Positions 25,001 through 37,184 of a stretch of 64,000 nucleotides of DNA are shown here, piece by piece (position 1 is the first letter of the stretch; each line of letters begins with the position of its first letter). Origin of the DNA: Takakia lepidozioides (lineage: Eukaryota; Plantae; Bryophyta); the NCBI GenBank assembly GCA_030704615.1, contig CM060731.1, positions 30,690,001 to 30,754,000 of the forward strand, written 5' to 3'. The translations under genes were made by a program, and so were the position numbers. The notes under the pieces were generated by a model that made no database searches, was not told where the DNA came from, and saw only the letters and a list, made by a program, of their open reading frames with translations.

Positions 25001-25718
25001 TACAATTTCTGTGATGAAAACTGGAAGACTATTTGGGGTTCAGTTTGGATTAAATCCCGCCCTTCAAAGATTGCATCCTTTCTATGGCAATTAGTAAATA
25101 AGGTTCTCAAAGTTGGGGAATGGCTACAGTTTCAGGGTTCGATTTTATGTGCTTGCTGTTCTACTGCTGTGACAGAATCTCTTTCAGACACAATCATTCA
25201 CCTAAACTATGATCCAACCACAAAAAACAGAGCCATTAACTGCCCTGTTTTTGAAACCTTAAGAGCATCAGTTTTGTGGCATCTATGGAAACTAAGATGC
25301 AAAAATACCTTTCTAGGAGAGACCACTTCCATATCTGCCCTCCTGGCTACTGTATTTCTTGACTTACAAACTGAAGCTAGGAAGGCATGGGCCAAAATAT
25401 GTGCAGTCATACAGCGGGATGCCAGGAACTCGGAGGCCATCCACAGGAACTTTCAGCACACTTGGGGTAGACAAGGGATCATATGCAGCAGCCCTGTGCA
25501 GGACCAATGCTACTGGAACGCTCTCCCCCCAGCAGCCTGGCGAGATCTCCGTGCGCCGCTACACTCTTTCCCCCGAATTTGAAAGGGACATCAACTGGAA
25601 GCATCTGAAACCCTCCTTGACGGCTTCCAAGTTGCACTACAGACAGATCGCAATCTCCATCGTGGAGAAAATCAATGAACTATCTACTCTCATTGCCACT
25701 CCTCCCCTGCCATTCTAG
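22081..25718 (+). pseudogene. LINE ORF2 (AP endonuclease, reverse transcriptase, zf-RVT) with an internal deletion near 22975
   Basis: MTFNLQSWNIRGLG; NIYAPN, GDLN, RLDR, FDH; PITLLNVAYKII, LDFEKAFD, RQGCPFSP, FVDD; FLWQLVNKVL. Confidence 0.92.
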
Positions 25719-26439
25719 ACAGTCTTAGAAAGTCCATCATGACACTCATCTCTCCTCAGCTTCGCTTCAGGTCTAGGGCAGTGTGCCCGGTTTTTTGGTC
25801 CCCTGGATTAGCCCGCTCAGTGGCTGTTTAGTTCGTAGGAACAATCTATGCTCTTTTTGCATTTAATGTAGAGTTAGATAGGAGTTATTTTCGTATCTTG
25901 GACTTTATCTCTGTTCAGAGAGGCTGGCTCAAACTACACTGATCACAGTGGGTATACCTCATGGTGTAAAGGGGTTTTATTTTTTTTCCCCATCAAATAA
26001 TTGATAATAAATATATCAGGGATATAACCCCCTGTTCCTTTATATATACATATATATATAAATTGGGAGGCTTTTTATTTAATATTTGGGTTTTTTTTTG
26101 TTTTTTTTTGGTTTATTACTGTTATTTCGTTATTTTAGTTTATATATGTACATATGTGAATTAGTGGATATTGTATTTAAATCTTTTGATTCGCTGCACT
26201 GCATTGAAAATATATTACAAATACAACAAAACATAAAATACAAATACAGGTCGGAACCAAAAACATTTGGATGGCTCAAAACTGGTTTATATCAAGAGTG
26301 TTTTGCAAAACAAGTTTTGGCCACATTCTACAAATGACCAACATGAGGGCCATGTTGCCATATCCATAGATCACTGCCCAACTGAAGTCATTGAGTAAGG
26401 ATAATCTGCTGTGCAACTAGGTCTAGCACTATCGTGGAC

Positions 26440-29400
26440 ATGTCAAGAGAACATTTGAAATCAGACGTATCTGAATCTGCTGAAATGCCTTGTTGGTTTA
26501 AAGTTGTAGAGCCTCTGTCAGTCTGCCTGCCTCGCAAAGCATCTTCACATGCCCAGCAGAAGAGGCATTGTGGACTCCCTCTCTTGATCCTCTTTCAGAA
26601 GTTGTGGTCATGGTTGAGGTGCCTGATTTTTATCAACTGTGCCGCTGCAGCTGCTACCTTTACTTGACCATCTACCCATGCGCGCAGCAGGTTTCTTGTA
26701 GCTATTGATCCACATGGAATCATGGGTAATCTGGAGCTTGAAATCCAGCCCTCTTGGATGAATCTGGACCCACACTATCCCTGCCCCTTTAGCTATCCAT
26801 CCCTCTGCATAAATCATGCATACATCCTTGCCTTGCTGCTAGCAGCTGACAATGACAGCCTAGAATTGTTCCAGCAAACACCCCAACCCTACTAATCACA
26901 CTAGTTCAAAGTCACTCCAAACCCACAGATCCACCCAATGAGCTAACTTACAGAATTCAAAATGCATCTCAGGGCCAAGTCTGATGAGGGGGCAAAACAG
27001 GCTGCAACATGTCAAAGAAGAAGGTGCCCTCACCACATTGTCCTTGACCCATGGAGGATTTGACCGAACATCAACCCAGTCAGGTAATGTTGGATTGGTC
27101 TGTGAGAACCACCACGGTGCAGCTGAGCAGGCAGAGATTGAAACACGGCCTACTAAGACCAAGCTGACTCTCCCAAGAACCTTGTAAACATCAGGAAGGA
27201 CACCAAATCATGGTACTAACAGGAGCCAAGAGCCCACCTTTGCATGATAGACAAACTTCTTCACATCGTACATTAAGAAAAGCCACACCTTGTGATTGCA
27301 GTTGTCCCACCTTCGTGAAGGATCTTTATAAAACTCATGCCAGCTCACATCATGAACGAGCTAACTTGCAGAATTCTACATGAAATTTAGGGACGACTCT
27401 GATAACATGGCAAAACAGGGTGAAATGTATTGAAGAAGGTACCTTCATTAGCAGCGAATTGTTCTATCAATTGGGCTGCTGCCGCTTCTGTTTCCAGGAT
27501 GACATCTGGTACAATTCCAGCTTTGACAATGTCACTAATGGACCACTTTGCCCTTTTCCAGAGCTCCCAGGCTTGCACACGCATTGCAAACACAAACAAA
27601 TGCGATGTGGTTGGGCTTCACCCCTTTGCGCAACATTTGCTCATAGGTCTCCTAACCATTCCTACCACACCTACACTTGGTAAATCCTGCCAACATAATA
27701 TTCCATGATCAAAGATCATTGAGGCATTCTGTTGAACACTTGGTGAGCATCCATGATGCTCCCGCACTTAACATACATGTTGACAAGGGTGTTGAGTAGA
27801 AAAACATTTGGTGTGAATCCACTTTGGATAATGTGAGTGTGCACCTGCTTTCCAGCTTCCAGACCATCCATCTTGATGCACTTAAGCAACAGACAGACAT
27901 ATCTGAATCTGCTGAAATGCCTCCTTGGTTTAGAGTCTGTAGAGCCTCTGTCAGTCTGCCTGCCGCACAAAGTATCTTCACATGCCCATAAGTGCCAGAA
28001 GAGGCATTGTGGACTCCCTCTCTTGATCCTCTAATTTCAACAGCTGTGGTCATTGTTGAGGTGCCTGATTTTATCAACTGTGCCACTGCAGCTGCTGCCT
28101 TTAGTTGACCATCTACACATGCAGGTTTCTTGTAGCTACTGATCCACCTGAAATCAAGTAATCTGGAGCTTGAAGTCCAGCCCTCTTGGATGAATCTGGA
28201 CCCACACTCTATCCCCGCTCCTTCAGCTATCCATGCCTCTGCACAAATGATGCATACATCCTTGCCTTGCAGCTGATAATGACAGCCTAGATTTGTTCTA
28301 GGAAACACCCAACTCAGCTTATTACACTAGTTCCTATACTGAATTGCGTCTGCTACTCTCCTGTAATCTAACAAGCATTCACCTTTTTGCCTGGTGTCCC
28401 ACCATTGACTGGGGTCAGAAAAGTATTCATTCCACAGCTTCTCCTCATCTTTGTTCCGTATTTTTGGATACTTTTATGTTGTCACAGTGGCAGTATCATG
28501 TCAAAGTCACTCCAAACTACATTCACTCAACCAGCTAACTTGCAGAATTCAACATGGAAATTTAGGGCCGATTCTGATAAGAGGGAAAAACAGGGTGAAT
28601 GTGAAGAAGGTGCTTTGATTACCAGTGGCTGATTTTATCAGTTGTGCCGCTGCTGCTGCGGCATGACAGTTGACCATCTACCCATGCAGGTTTCTTGTAG
28701 CTATTGATCTACAGGAAATCATAAGTAATCTTGTGCTTGAAATCTGGCCCTTTTGGATGAATCTAGACCTACTCTCTATCCCTGCTCCTTCAGCTATCTC
28801 TGCCTCTGCACAAATCATGCACACATTAGGGAGCTAATGACAGGGGAGGAGGGCATGGCAATTCGAACCAGGGTAGGGAAGCTCAAATATTGTGCTCATG
28901 AGGATATGGCAGAGGGTGGATCCTCAACTAAAAACTGGCCGGCCTTTGTGGAGGATCTCAAGTCTCAGATTGTGCATACCAAGACTTTGCAGGAAGAATG
29001 ATTGATTGTTGACACTGTCTCTCGCATGCCCTAAGATCTGAAAATCAAGTTGAAAAAGTAAACCACGTGACTCTATTCAACCCATCTGCTGAAGGCCTTA
29101 AGAGACATTTAGGGCCGGTTCTGATAAGAGGAAAAAACAGGGTGAAATGTGTTGAAGAAGGTGCCTTGAGTAGCAGTACCTGAATTTTATCAATTGTGCC
29201 GCCGCTACTGCTGTTGCGGCTTCCAGTTGACCATCTACGCATGCAGGTTTCTTGTAGGTATCATTCCACAGGGATTCATAGGTAATCTGGAGCTTGAAAT
29301 CCGGCCCTCTTGGATGAATCTGGACCCACACTCTAGCCCTGCTCCTTCGGCTATCCATACCTCTGCACAAATCATGCATAGTACCTCCTTGCTTTGCTGC

Positions 29401-29715
29401 TAGCAGGGGACAATGACAGCCTAGATTTGTTCCAGCAAACACCCTAACCCTACTTCTCACACTAGTTCCTATGCTGACTTGCGCTTCCAACAGGCATTCA
29501 CCATTTTGCACCAAAGTCGAGCTACATTGCAGAATTCAACCTGAAAATTTAGGGATGACTCTGAATCCTGATAACAGGGAAAACAGGCTGAAATGTATTG
29601 AAGAAGGTGCTCATATGTCTGCAAATCCTCCATCCCACGCCCGCTGTGCATATCCTGCAATCATCGCACTCCACGACACCACATCTCGTTCAGCCATACT
29701 GTTGAACACTCCCTG
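26440..29715 (-). pseudogene. Mosaic of PDF-motif and PPR N-terminal fragments inside the CACTA-like element
   Basis: IHPRG(P/L)DFKLQIT..SLW..YKKPACVDGQL at ~26700, 28150, 28700 and 29290; VKILCAAGRLTEALQTL, CLLLKCIKMDGLEAGKQVHTHII. Confidence 0.8.
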
Positions 29716-30054
29716 CTGTCTCCGCTCTAAAGCTCCCATATAGCACAAGTCGTGACCGTGGCCGACACAACAAGAGCAAACATACAGGTCGATCCCACAA
29801 ACAGTACACTCGCTGCGCGGCACTTCTTTCTCTCCTCCCCCCGCCCACCCGCTCTCTCATGTGCACACAGCAAGATACTAGTCTTTTAGAAACCGCTTAT
29901 CCTGGTTCGCGAATGGCACAAAGACAAACAAACGCTAAGTCCCTAAGCCTGCCGAGCTCTCGAACCACGCCGACCCCAAAAAAAACACAAGTCCCAGCCA
30001 GGCAACACACTGCAACCTAGCAACCCTAAACTCGAGCCAAGTACATTATCATCC

Positions 30055-30270
30055 GTTCATACGTTCATACAATAGTTGCCAGCAAGGCGTTTTCTTTATC
30101 GTTTGTTCATACGTTCATCCAATAGCTGCCAGCAAGGCGTTTGTTTATCACTCGTTCAGGTAATCCAGTTGTTTTGTTTCACTAACCTTTCATACGTTCA
30201 TCCAATAGCTGCCAGCAAGGCGTTTATTTATCATTCGTTCATATAATTCAGTTGTTTTGTTTCACTAACC
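30055..30270. repeat. Three imperfect tandem copies of ttcatacgttcatccaatagctgccagcaaggcgttt
   Basis: Seen directly in the sequence. Confidence 0.85.
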
Positions 30271-30590
30271 TTAACCAGCACACAATTAGTTTACTATTAA
30301 TGTGTTGGGTCAGTGAAAAAATAGTTATTTTTTTTACTTCTTATTATCCATATATATATTGCTATATAATTTATATATTGTGATTACACGTGCCATTGCT
30401 TAACTGGTTGTCTCAGTCCGCTCATAGTCAAAGTCTCTCACTACAGTCAAAATTTTCGCGGTTGCCTAACACCTCGAATATTTTAATATAAATTTTGACT
30501 GCAAAATGGTTGGAACAGTCAAAAGTGACAACAGTCAACGCCAGCATCAAACTAAATCGTTGAAATTACATAGGGTGTGTTGTAGAGATA

Positions 30591-31800
30591 CCACGTCCCT
30601 GCTGTGGATACCCTGCAAGCATCGTCTTCCATGACACCACAGCTCGTTCAGCCATAGTGTTGAAAACTCCCTTCGCATCCTTAATGCACCCACATTTGGC
30701 ATACATGTCCACCAGGGTAGTGTTCACAATGACATCTGGTACAATTCCAGCTTTGACGATGTCACCTTGCACCTCTTTGCCCTTTTCCAGGGCTGCCATG
30801 CTTGCAAACCCATAGATGTGATGTGGTCGGGCTTCACTCCTTCCACCATCATTTGCTCATAGGTCTCCAAAGCCTCCGTCCCGCGCTCCTGCTCCTGTAA
30901 GCATCGCGGTCCACGACACCACATTTCATTCAGCCATATTGTTGAACATTGCCTTCGCATCCTCAATGCTCCCACATTTGGCATACATGTCCATGAGGGC
31001 ATTGTTCAGAATGACATCGGGTACAATTCCAGCCCTGACAATGTCGCCATGAGCCTCTTTGCCCTTTTCCAGAGCTGCCAGGCTTACGCACGCATTGCAA
31101 ATGCACACAAATGTGATGTGGTCAGGCTTCACCCCGTCCCCCATCATTTGCTCATAGGTCTCCAAAGCCTCCATCCCGCGCCCTTGTTGTGCATACCCTG
31201 CAAGCATCGCGCTCCATGACACCACATCTTGTTCAACTTGCATATTGTTGAAAACTCCCTTTGCATCCTTAATGCACCCACATTTGGCATACATGTCCAC
31301 CAGGGCAGTGGTCAGAATGACATCTGGTACAATTCCAGCTTTGACGATCTCATCATGGACCTCTTTCCCCTTTTCCAAGGCTCCCAGCTTGCACACGCAT
31401 TGCAAACGCAAACGAACGTGATGTGGTTGGGCTTCACCCCTTCGTGCATCATTTGCTCATAGGTCTCCAAAGCATTCGTACCGCACCCATGCTTGGTAAA
31501 TCATGCCAACATTACATTCCACGTGATCAAAGATGGTTGAGGCATTCTGTTGAACACTGGGTGAGCATCCATGATGCTCCCGCACTTAACATACGTGTTC
31601 ACAAGGGTGTTGAGTAGAAAAACATTTGGCTAAATCCACTTTGGATAATGTGAGTGTGCACCTGCTTTCCAGCTTCAAGGCCTGTCATCTTGATGCACTT
31701 ACGTAAGAGACAAACATATGTATCTGAATCTGCTGAAATGCCTCCTTGGTTTAAAGCCTCCTCTTTCAGTCTGCCTGCCTCACAAAGCATCTTCACATGC
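30591..31800 (-). pseudogene. 5' half of the PLS-PPR-DYW pseudogene interrupted by the CACTA-like element
   Basis: KMLCEAGRLKE...LRKCIKMTGLEAGKQVH followed by PLS triplets; joins 18389 in frame. Confidence 0.85.
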
Positions 31801-32018
31801 CCAGAAGTGCCAGTTGTGGACTCTTGATCCTCTTCCAGAAGTTGTGGTCATGGTTGAGGTGCTTGATGAGATGGAAAAACAGGGTTAAATAGGTCGAAGA
31901 AGAAGGTGCCCTCACCACATTGTCCTTGACCACAGTGTCATGACACATGGAGGATTTGACCGACCGAGAAACACCCAACTCAACTTATCACACTAGTTCC
32001 TATGCTCAATTGCATCTG

Positions 32019-32400
32019 CTACTCTGATAAGAATGAAAAACAGGTTGAAATGTGTTGAAGAATGCCTTGGCATACATGTCCACGAGGGTATTGTTCAGAA
32101 CGACATCTGGTACAATTCCAGCTTTCACGATGCAACCATGCACCTCTTTGCCCTTTTCCAGGGCTGCCAGGCTTGCAAATGCGCATAAACGTGATGTGGT
32201 TGGGCTTCACCCCTTCCCCCATCATTTGATCATAGGTCTCCAAAGCCACCATCCCACGTCCCTGCTGTGCATCGCGTGCCATGACACAACATCTTGTTTA
32301 GCCATAGTGTTGAGAACTCCCTTCGCATCCTTGGCGTGAATCCACTTTGGATAATGTGAGTGTGCACCTGCTTTCCAGTTTCCAGACCTTTCATCTTGAT
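32019..32400 (-). pseudogene. Short rearranged PLS-PPR fragment
   Basis: QQGRGMVALETYDQMMGEGVKPNHITF. Confidence 0.7.
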
Positions 32401-32449
32401 GCACTTAAGCAAGAGATAGACAACCGTAGTGAAGGCCTTCATCCACTAG

Positions 32450-33200
32450 GCCCACATGAATACACACAGAGAGAAAAGTGATATTGTTTGGCTGCATGCC
32501 CTACTGTTGCATGCGTTCAAAGAGATGCAGGGCCTCAATACCATGACCATGTTGGGCACATCCAGCAATGATCGCACTCCATGACACCACATTCCGTTCA
32601 GCCGTATTATCAAACACTTGATGTGCATCGTTCATGCTCCCACATTTGGCATACATATCAACAAGGGTATTCTCCAAAATGATATCAGATGCAATTTCAG
32701 CTTTAAGGATATCAGCATGAACCTCTTTGCCCCTTTCCAGGGCTCCTACGTTGGCATAACCATTGAGGACGCAAGTGAATGTGACCCTGTTTGGTGTCAC
32801 GCCTTCGTGTCGCAATTGCTCATAGATTTTGAGAGCCTCCTTAACATGTCCATGCTTGACACAACCTGCCATCATCTTCGACCATATATGAATGTCTCGT
32901 TCAGACATTTGATGGAATACTTGGCGTGCATCCACCAGGCTCCCACACTTGATGTACATGTTGATAACGTTGTTGAGTAGAAAGATGGTTGGCTTGGGTC
33001 CTCTTTGAATTATATGGGCATGCACCTGCTTTCCCTCTTCTAGTTTTTTCAGGTTGATGCACTCCTGCAAGAGACAGATATAGGTATTTGAGTTGGCCAC
33101 AATGCCTTGTTGGTGCAAAATGTGCAGAGCCTCTTTCAATTGTCCTGCCTTACACAGGGTCCTTACATACCCACAAGTGCCCGGAAAGCCCTTGTTGACT
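32450..33200 (-). pseudogene. Second, more divergent PLS-class PPR gene, 3'-truncated
   Basis: ORF 32501-33139: TYICLLQECINLKKLEEGKQVHAHII...VDMYAKCGSMNDAHQVFD...VVSWSAIIAG. Confidence 0.85.
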
Positions 33201-33480
33201 TCCTCTCTTAGTGGTGATAGTGAAGGTCCTACCCCTCTTAGCAGTCAGATATCCAGCAAACAATTGAGCCTGATCCAACCCTGCCAGCTTGCATGACTCT
33301 AAAGTATTGTTGTCGCCAATCTCTGACCAAAATACTCAAATGAATGATCTCTAGAGCAGGTTTCTTAAAAATGTTTTGAAAACAGTTTGTAGCAATTCCA
33401 TCTGTTTTAGTTGGAAATTTCAAAGACAATACCTTTTGGATTCCTGACATTGAGCGCCAAGGTGTACATCAATAGTAGAA

Positions 33481-33900
33481 TCATAAGCAGAATATGTTTG
33501 ACAAGGTATAAAGGTCGCCAGCTCCATTTTCATCGACCAACATTATATTCCACGTGATCAAAGATCGTTGAGCATCTACACGATGGAAGAACTTCTTCAC
33601 ATGGTACATTAAACAAAAGTCACACCTTGCGATTGCGGTTGTCCCACCATCGTGAAGGGTGTTTAAAAAACTCATGCCAGCTCTGTTCTGTGCTCCAAGG
33701 TAGACGTTTGTGCTCGAAAATCCGACCTCTTTCCCCTTTTCCAGGGCTCCCAGGCTTGCACACGCATTGCAAACACAAACAAACGTGATGTGGTTGGGCT
33801 TCACCCCTTCGCGCATCATTTGCTCATAGGTCTCCAAAGCATCCCATGCTCGGTAAATCCTGCCAACATTATATTCCACGTGATCAAAGATTGTTGAGGG
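33481..33900 (-). pseudogene. Chimeric PPR fragment
   Basis: ALETYEQMMREGVKPNHITFVCVCNACASLGALEKGKEV fused to unrelated sequence that is also present at ~27240-27350. Confidence 0.6.
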
Positions 33901-34804
33901 AAAAGCCACGGTTTGCATTGAGTAGCGAGACTGTTGAGTGCTTGCAGCTTGCAAGATGAATGATGGCGGAAAACGCAGAGCTCCTGCAGTTCAAGAACTT
34001 CAAGAACTTCAAGAACCGGGCAGTCCGGGCACGTTCCAAAAAAACTTGGCGCTTTGGGATTTTCGGGCAGGCAATCCGGGCAAATAAAAAAAAATCGCAC
34101 TTGATTCCAAAGAAATTGAGGACGACGATGACGTGTCTACGAATAAATGATTTATCCTTTATATACCAAAAGGATTATTCAATGATATATAGAAGGATAT
34201 ATAATTTTTTGTCTTTGTTATGTTCAACTCTATATTTTTCTTCACGCTGGTCATTTTGGGTATAATAGTAGTCTAGATGGTACATAGGTCTAGGACTGAT
34301 ACTTATCTTTTTTCCGATTTCTCCTCCAATAATATATACTAATCCACGGGTAAAGGATATATCAACATACTAAACAAGGTAGTTTGTTTGTTTTGTTTGT
34401 TACTTTAAGATCTCCCAAATCGCAAGGCATCTGCCCAGGTTCTTAATACCGTTGGAAAGCCCTTGATGAGTATGGATGCATCGAGGTGGTTTCATAAGTT
34501 TTGGACCTACAGTGTGGGAGATATTGAATTTCAAGTATTAGGTAGGTATGAATCAAAATGTTTATCCGTATGAAGGATAAAGATAAAGATAAGGATAAGG
34601 ATAAGAGTAAAGTTAAATGAAAAAGGTACATCCGGGTAAATCATTAATCCTTATCCTAATTTATCTGTAGGGTCAATGATTTACCGCAACATTGCAAAGT
34701 TATTTTTTTCTCAAATTTACCCTCCAAGAACATATATATGCAATCCATAGGTAAAGGGTTTATAGCAATAATTCACCGTTCATAATATGGGTAAGGATAA
34801 GTAT

Positions 34805-35491
34805 AGAGAGTCGAGAGAGAAAACTCCGGCCTGAACCGGCGTAACTAAGAGCCAATTCGCCTCACGGCTACTGCCCCCTTTCAGGGATGGGCACTATAAA
34901 GATAGTAGGCTGACACTGGGTAACCAGAGGACATGGGTATCTAGGGAGCCGAGGGGAGGTTGGATTCAAGTTGCCACTTATTAGTGATAATAATTGTGAG
35001 GGAGCGGAGCGCCGTAAGGTGGATAGCCTTGAAGCATTTATGTATGGGGGAGATAGGGATATTAAAGTTTTTGTGTAATGCGGTAATACTGGCGTTGTGC
35101 ATGCCACCTCTAGTACCAACAGTGAGGACGGTTAGTGGCCCAGCGTTCCAACCTTGTTGGCGGATTGCGAGGATGAGCGGGGCGTACTTCAGTCGTTTGT
35201 CTAAGGTGGAGGAGTTGGGGTAACGATCACATGTGGCAATATGTAAATTTGACAAAGTGGATGGTGAGGTTTTGGGACGGGGCAGAGGGCAGGGGCGTTT
35301 ATGGGTAAGCCCTGGACAAACAAGATGTCTGGGCATAGTCTGGCGGAGCAAGTACAAGGTGAGTGGGGCAGATACAGAGGAGTAACCATGGCGGGACAGT
35401 ATGGTCTGGGGGTCTACCCCGGCGTTAATGAGTGAAAACCATTTGGTTTCAGTGCGGTTTATGAGAAGTTTATGAATGTGGCAGGAGTGAG
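34805..35491 (-). mobile_element. 5'-truncated LINE with a restriction-like endonuclease C-terminus (Dualen/RandI-like)
   Basis: RLCPDILFVQG...FTYC...DRYP...KRLKYAPLILAIRQQGW...LTVGTRGGMH; possible TSD TAAGTAT (34798-34804, 35492-35498). Confidence 0.7.
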
Positions 35492-35889
35492 TAAGTATGA
35501 ATATAAGTATAAGTGATAAGTATAAATCAAATATGTTTCCGTATGAAGGGTAAGGGTAAATAAAAAAAGTATGATTTAGCTAAATTTACCTAGTGAATAG
35601 ATTAGCGTACCCCGCGTAATGTGCAGGTGATAAGATGGCGAAGGGCTCTTCAAAAGAGCATTGTGCACATAGGCGGGGGGGGGGGTCTCATTGAAAGGGT
35701 AAGAACTCATGCAACACAACATGACACTTGTGGAATCAGACATTGACGAGCAGCAGGCACACTGAACCAGAGGACCAAACTAAACCAAATTGAACCACGC
35801 TGAACCAAACTGCTTCACCAAACCATAACAAACATTTCACATCCGCGATCACATAGGAGAACATGATGACGGTTTGGATCGGTGAACCT

Positions 35890-36325
35890 CTGAAATGGTG
35901 TGCGTCAACGTATACCATTTTACATGGCCAAATTTCTAGATTCAAAGGAAACACCATTATACTTGACCTCATATCCATATGCAAAGCCTACTTGAGAGAT
36001 ATTTTAATTTATTTTATCATTTTTTCGGTTGGTTGAAAAAATGGTGTGCATCAACGCACACCATTTCGTAGACGCACGTTTTTTTTTTTGTTTTTTTTTT
36101 CCAAAAAACAAATGTTTTGTTTTTTGTTTTTTTTCTTTTCTTCCCCGGTTGGTTGAAAAAATGGTGTGCATCAACGCACACCATTTCGTAGACGCACGTT
36201 TTTTTTTTGTTTTTTTTTTTCCAAAAAACAAAATGTTTTGTTTTTTGTTTTTTTTCTTTTCTTCCCCGGTTGGTTGAAAAAATGGTGTGCGTTAACGCAC
36301 ACCATTTTGTTGACGCACACCTTGG
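35890..36325. repeat. ~119-bp tandem repeats containing the hairpin ATGGTGTGC-N6-GCACACCAT and poly-T tracts
   Basis: Copies at ~35894 (degenerate), 36040, 36160 and 36281. Confidence 0.85.
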
Positions 36326-37184
36326 TCGAATCTGCAAGAATGCTTTGTGCTTGACTGGCACATACAATGTAAATTTTGCATCCGGGAAATGGTCGGGTGT
36401 ACACAATCATGACATCCACATCTGTTTTCCAAAAGGCTTATCCCGATTTTGTTACCATGTTGTCAACTATTCTGGGAAAAAGAAGGAAGTTTGTTCCATG
36501 TAAGCATTTGCGTAGGAGCACTTTGGCATTGCAGAACAAATATTTCGCTTGCCATTCAGTGTTTCTTCTCTGCGTAATTGAAACAAGGGATGGATGCAAA
36601 TGCACCACTACTCGCATTGTGTGTCTGAAAATGAATATTTCCTTGCTATGCTTTAATATGAAGACATTTTTCTGAAGAGATATGTGTTCAAGTACGTGAG
36701 ACCTGGTGCGGTATATGGATTGTTCCAATAGAAAAAGTGACGCTATACCAAAGTCTGTGTTGGAACAATGCAATTATTTGGCAATAAGATAGTCACAACA
36801 ATCTTTATGGGTGTAATGCACTCATTCAATTCTTACTCTGTCGGTTTCATTGAAAAAGGCAACAGAATTCGCCACTATAGATCGAACATTTCCCACGGTT
36901 ATTGGCCCCTCGGGTATAGGTGCCATTTCTATAGCCACATGCTATGTACACTCATGCTGATGTGGCGTGAACGTAGGCTGTCATGGCGCTTGAGTCTGGG
37001 CTCGCCGTGTCAGCAAAGCGTGAGCCTGGGCTCACACACTCACGGCCCACGCCATAGCGTCTTCAAACAATGAATTTCTAATGCATTACAAAGGGCACAA
37101 ACTATGTCTATTTTGCACCGGGCAAAAGTGGCCGGACATCTCTCGGCTTCTTTCTGACCTTTTTTATTTTTTATTTTTTAATTA

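Larger units (their letters stand above)
18985..26040 (+). mobile_element. Near full-length L1/Tx1-like LINE flanked by (TA)n tracts
   Basis: ORF1 with a degenerate zinc knuckle; ORF2 EN-RT-zf-RVT; TA microsatellite at 18893-18982 and 26041-26060. Confidence 0.9.
18390..30587. mobile_element. CACTA-like non-autonomous (Pack-type) insertion of 12.2 kb
   Basis: Left end CACTACAATACAAGCT; right end reverse complement CTCTACAACACACCCT; 3-bp TSD ATA (18387-18389, 30588-30590); AGTCAA/TTGACT subterminal repeats at both ends; the flanks rejoin to the PPR consensus QQGRG|MGALETY. Confidence 0.75.

Noticed and set aside
35890-36325. CRISPR-like array
   Set aside because: Spacers are near-identical poly-T sequence, the context is eukaryotic and there are no cas genes
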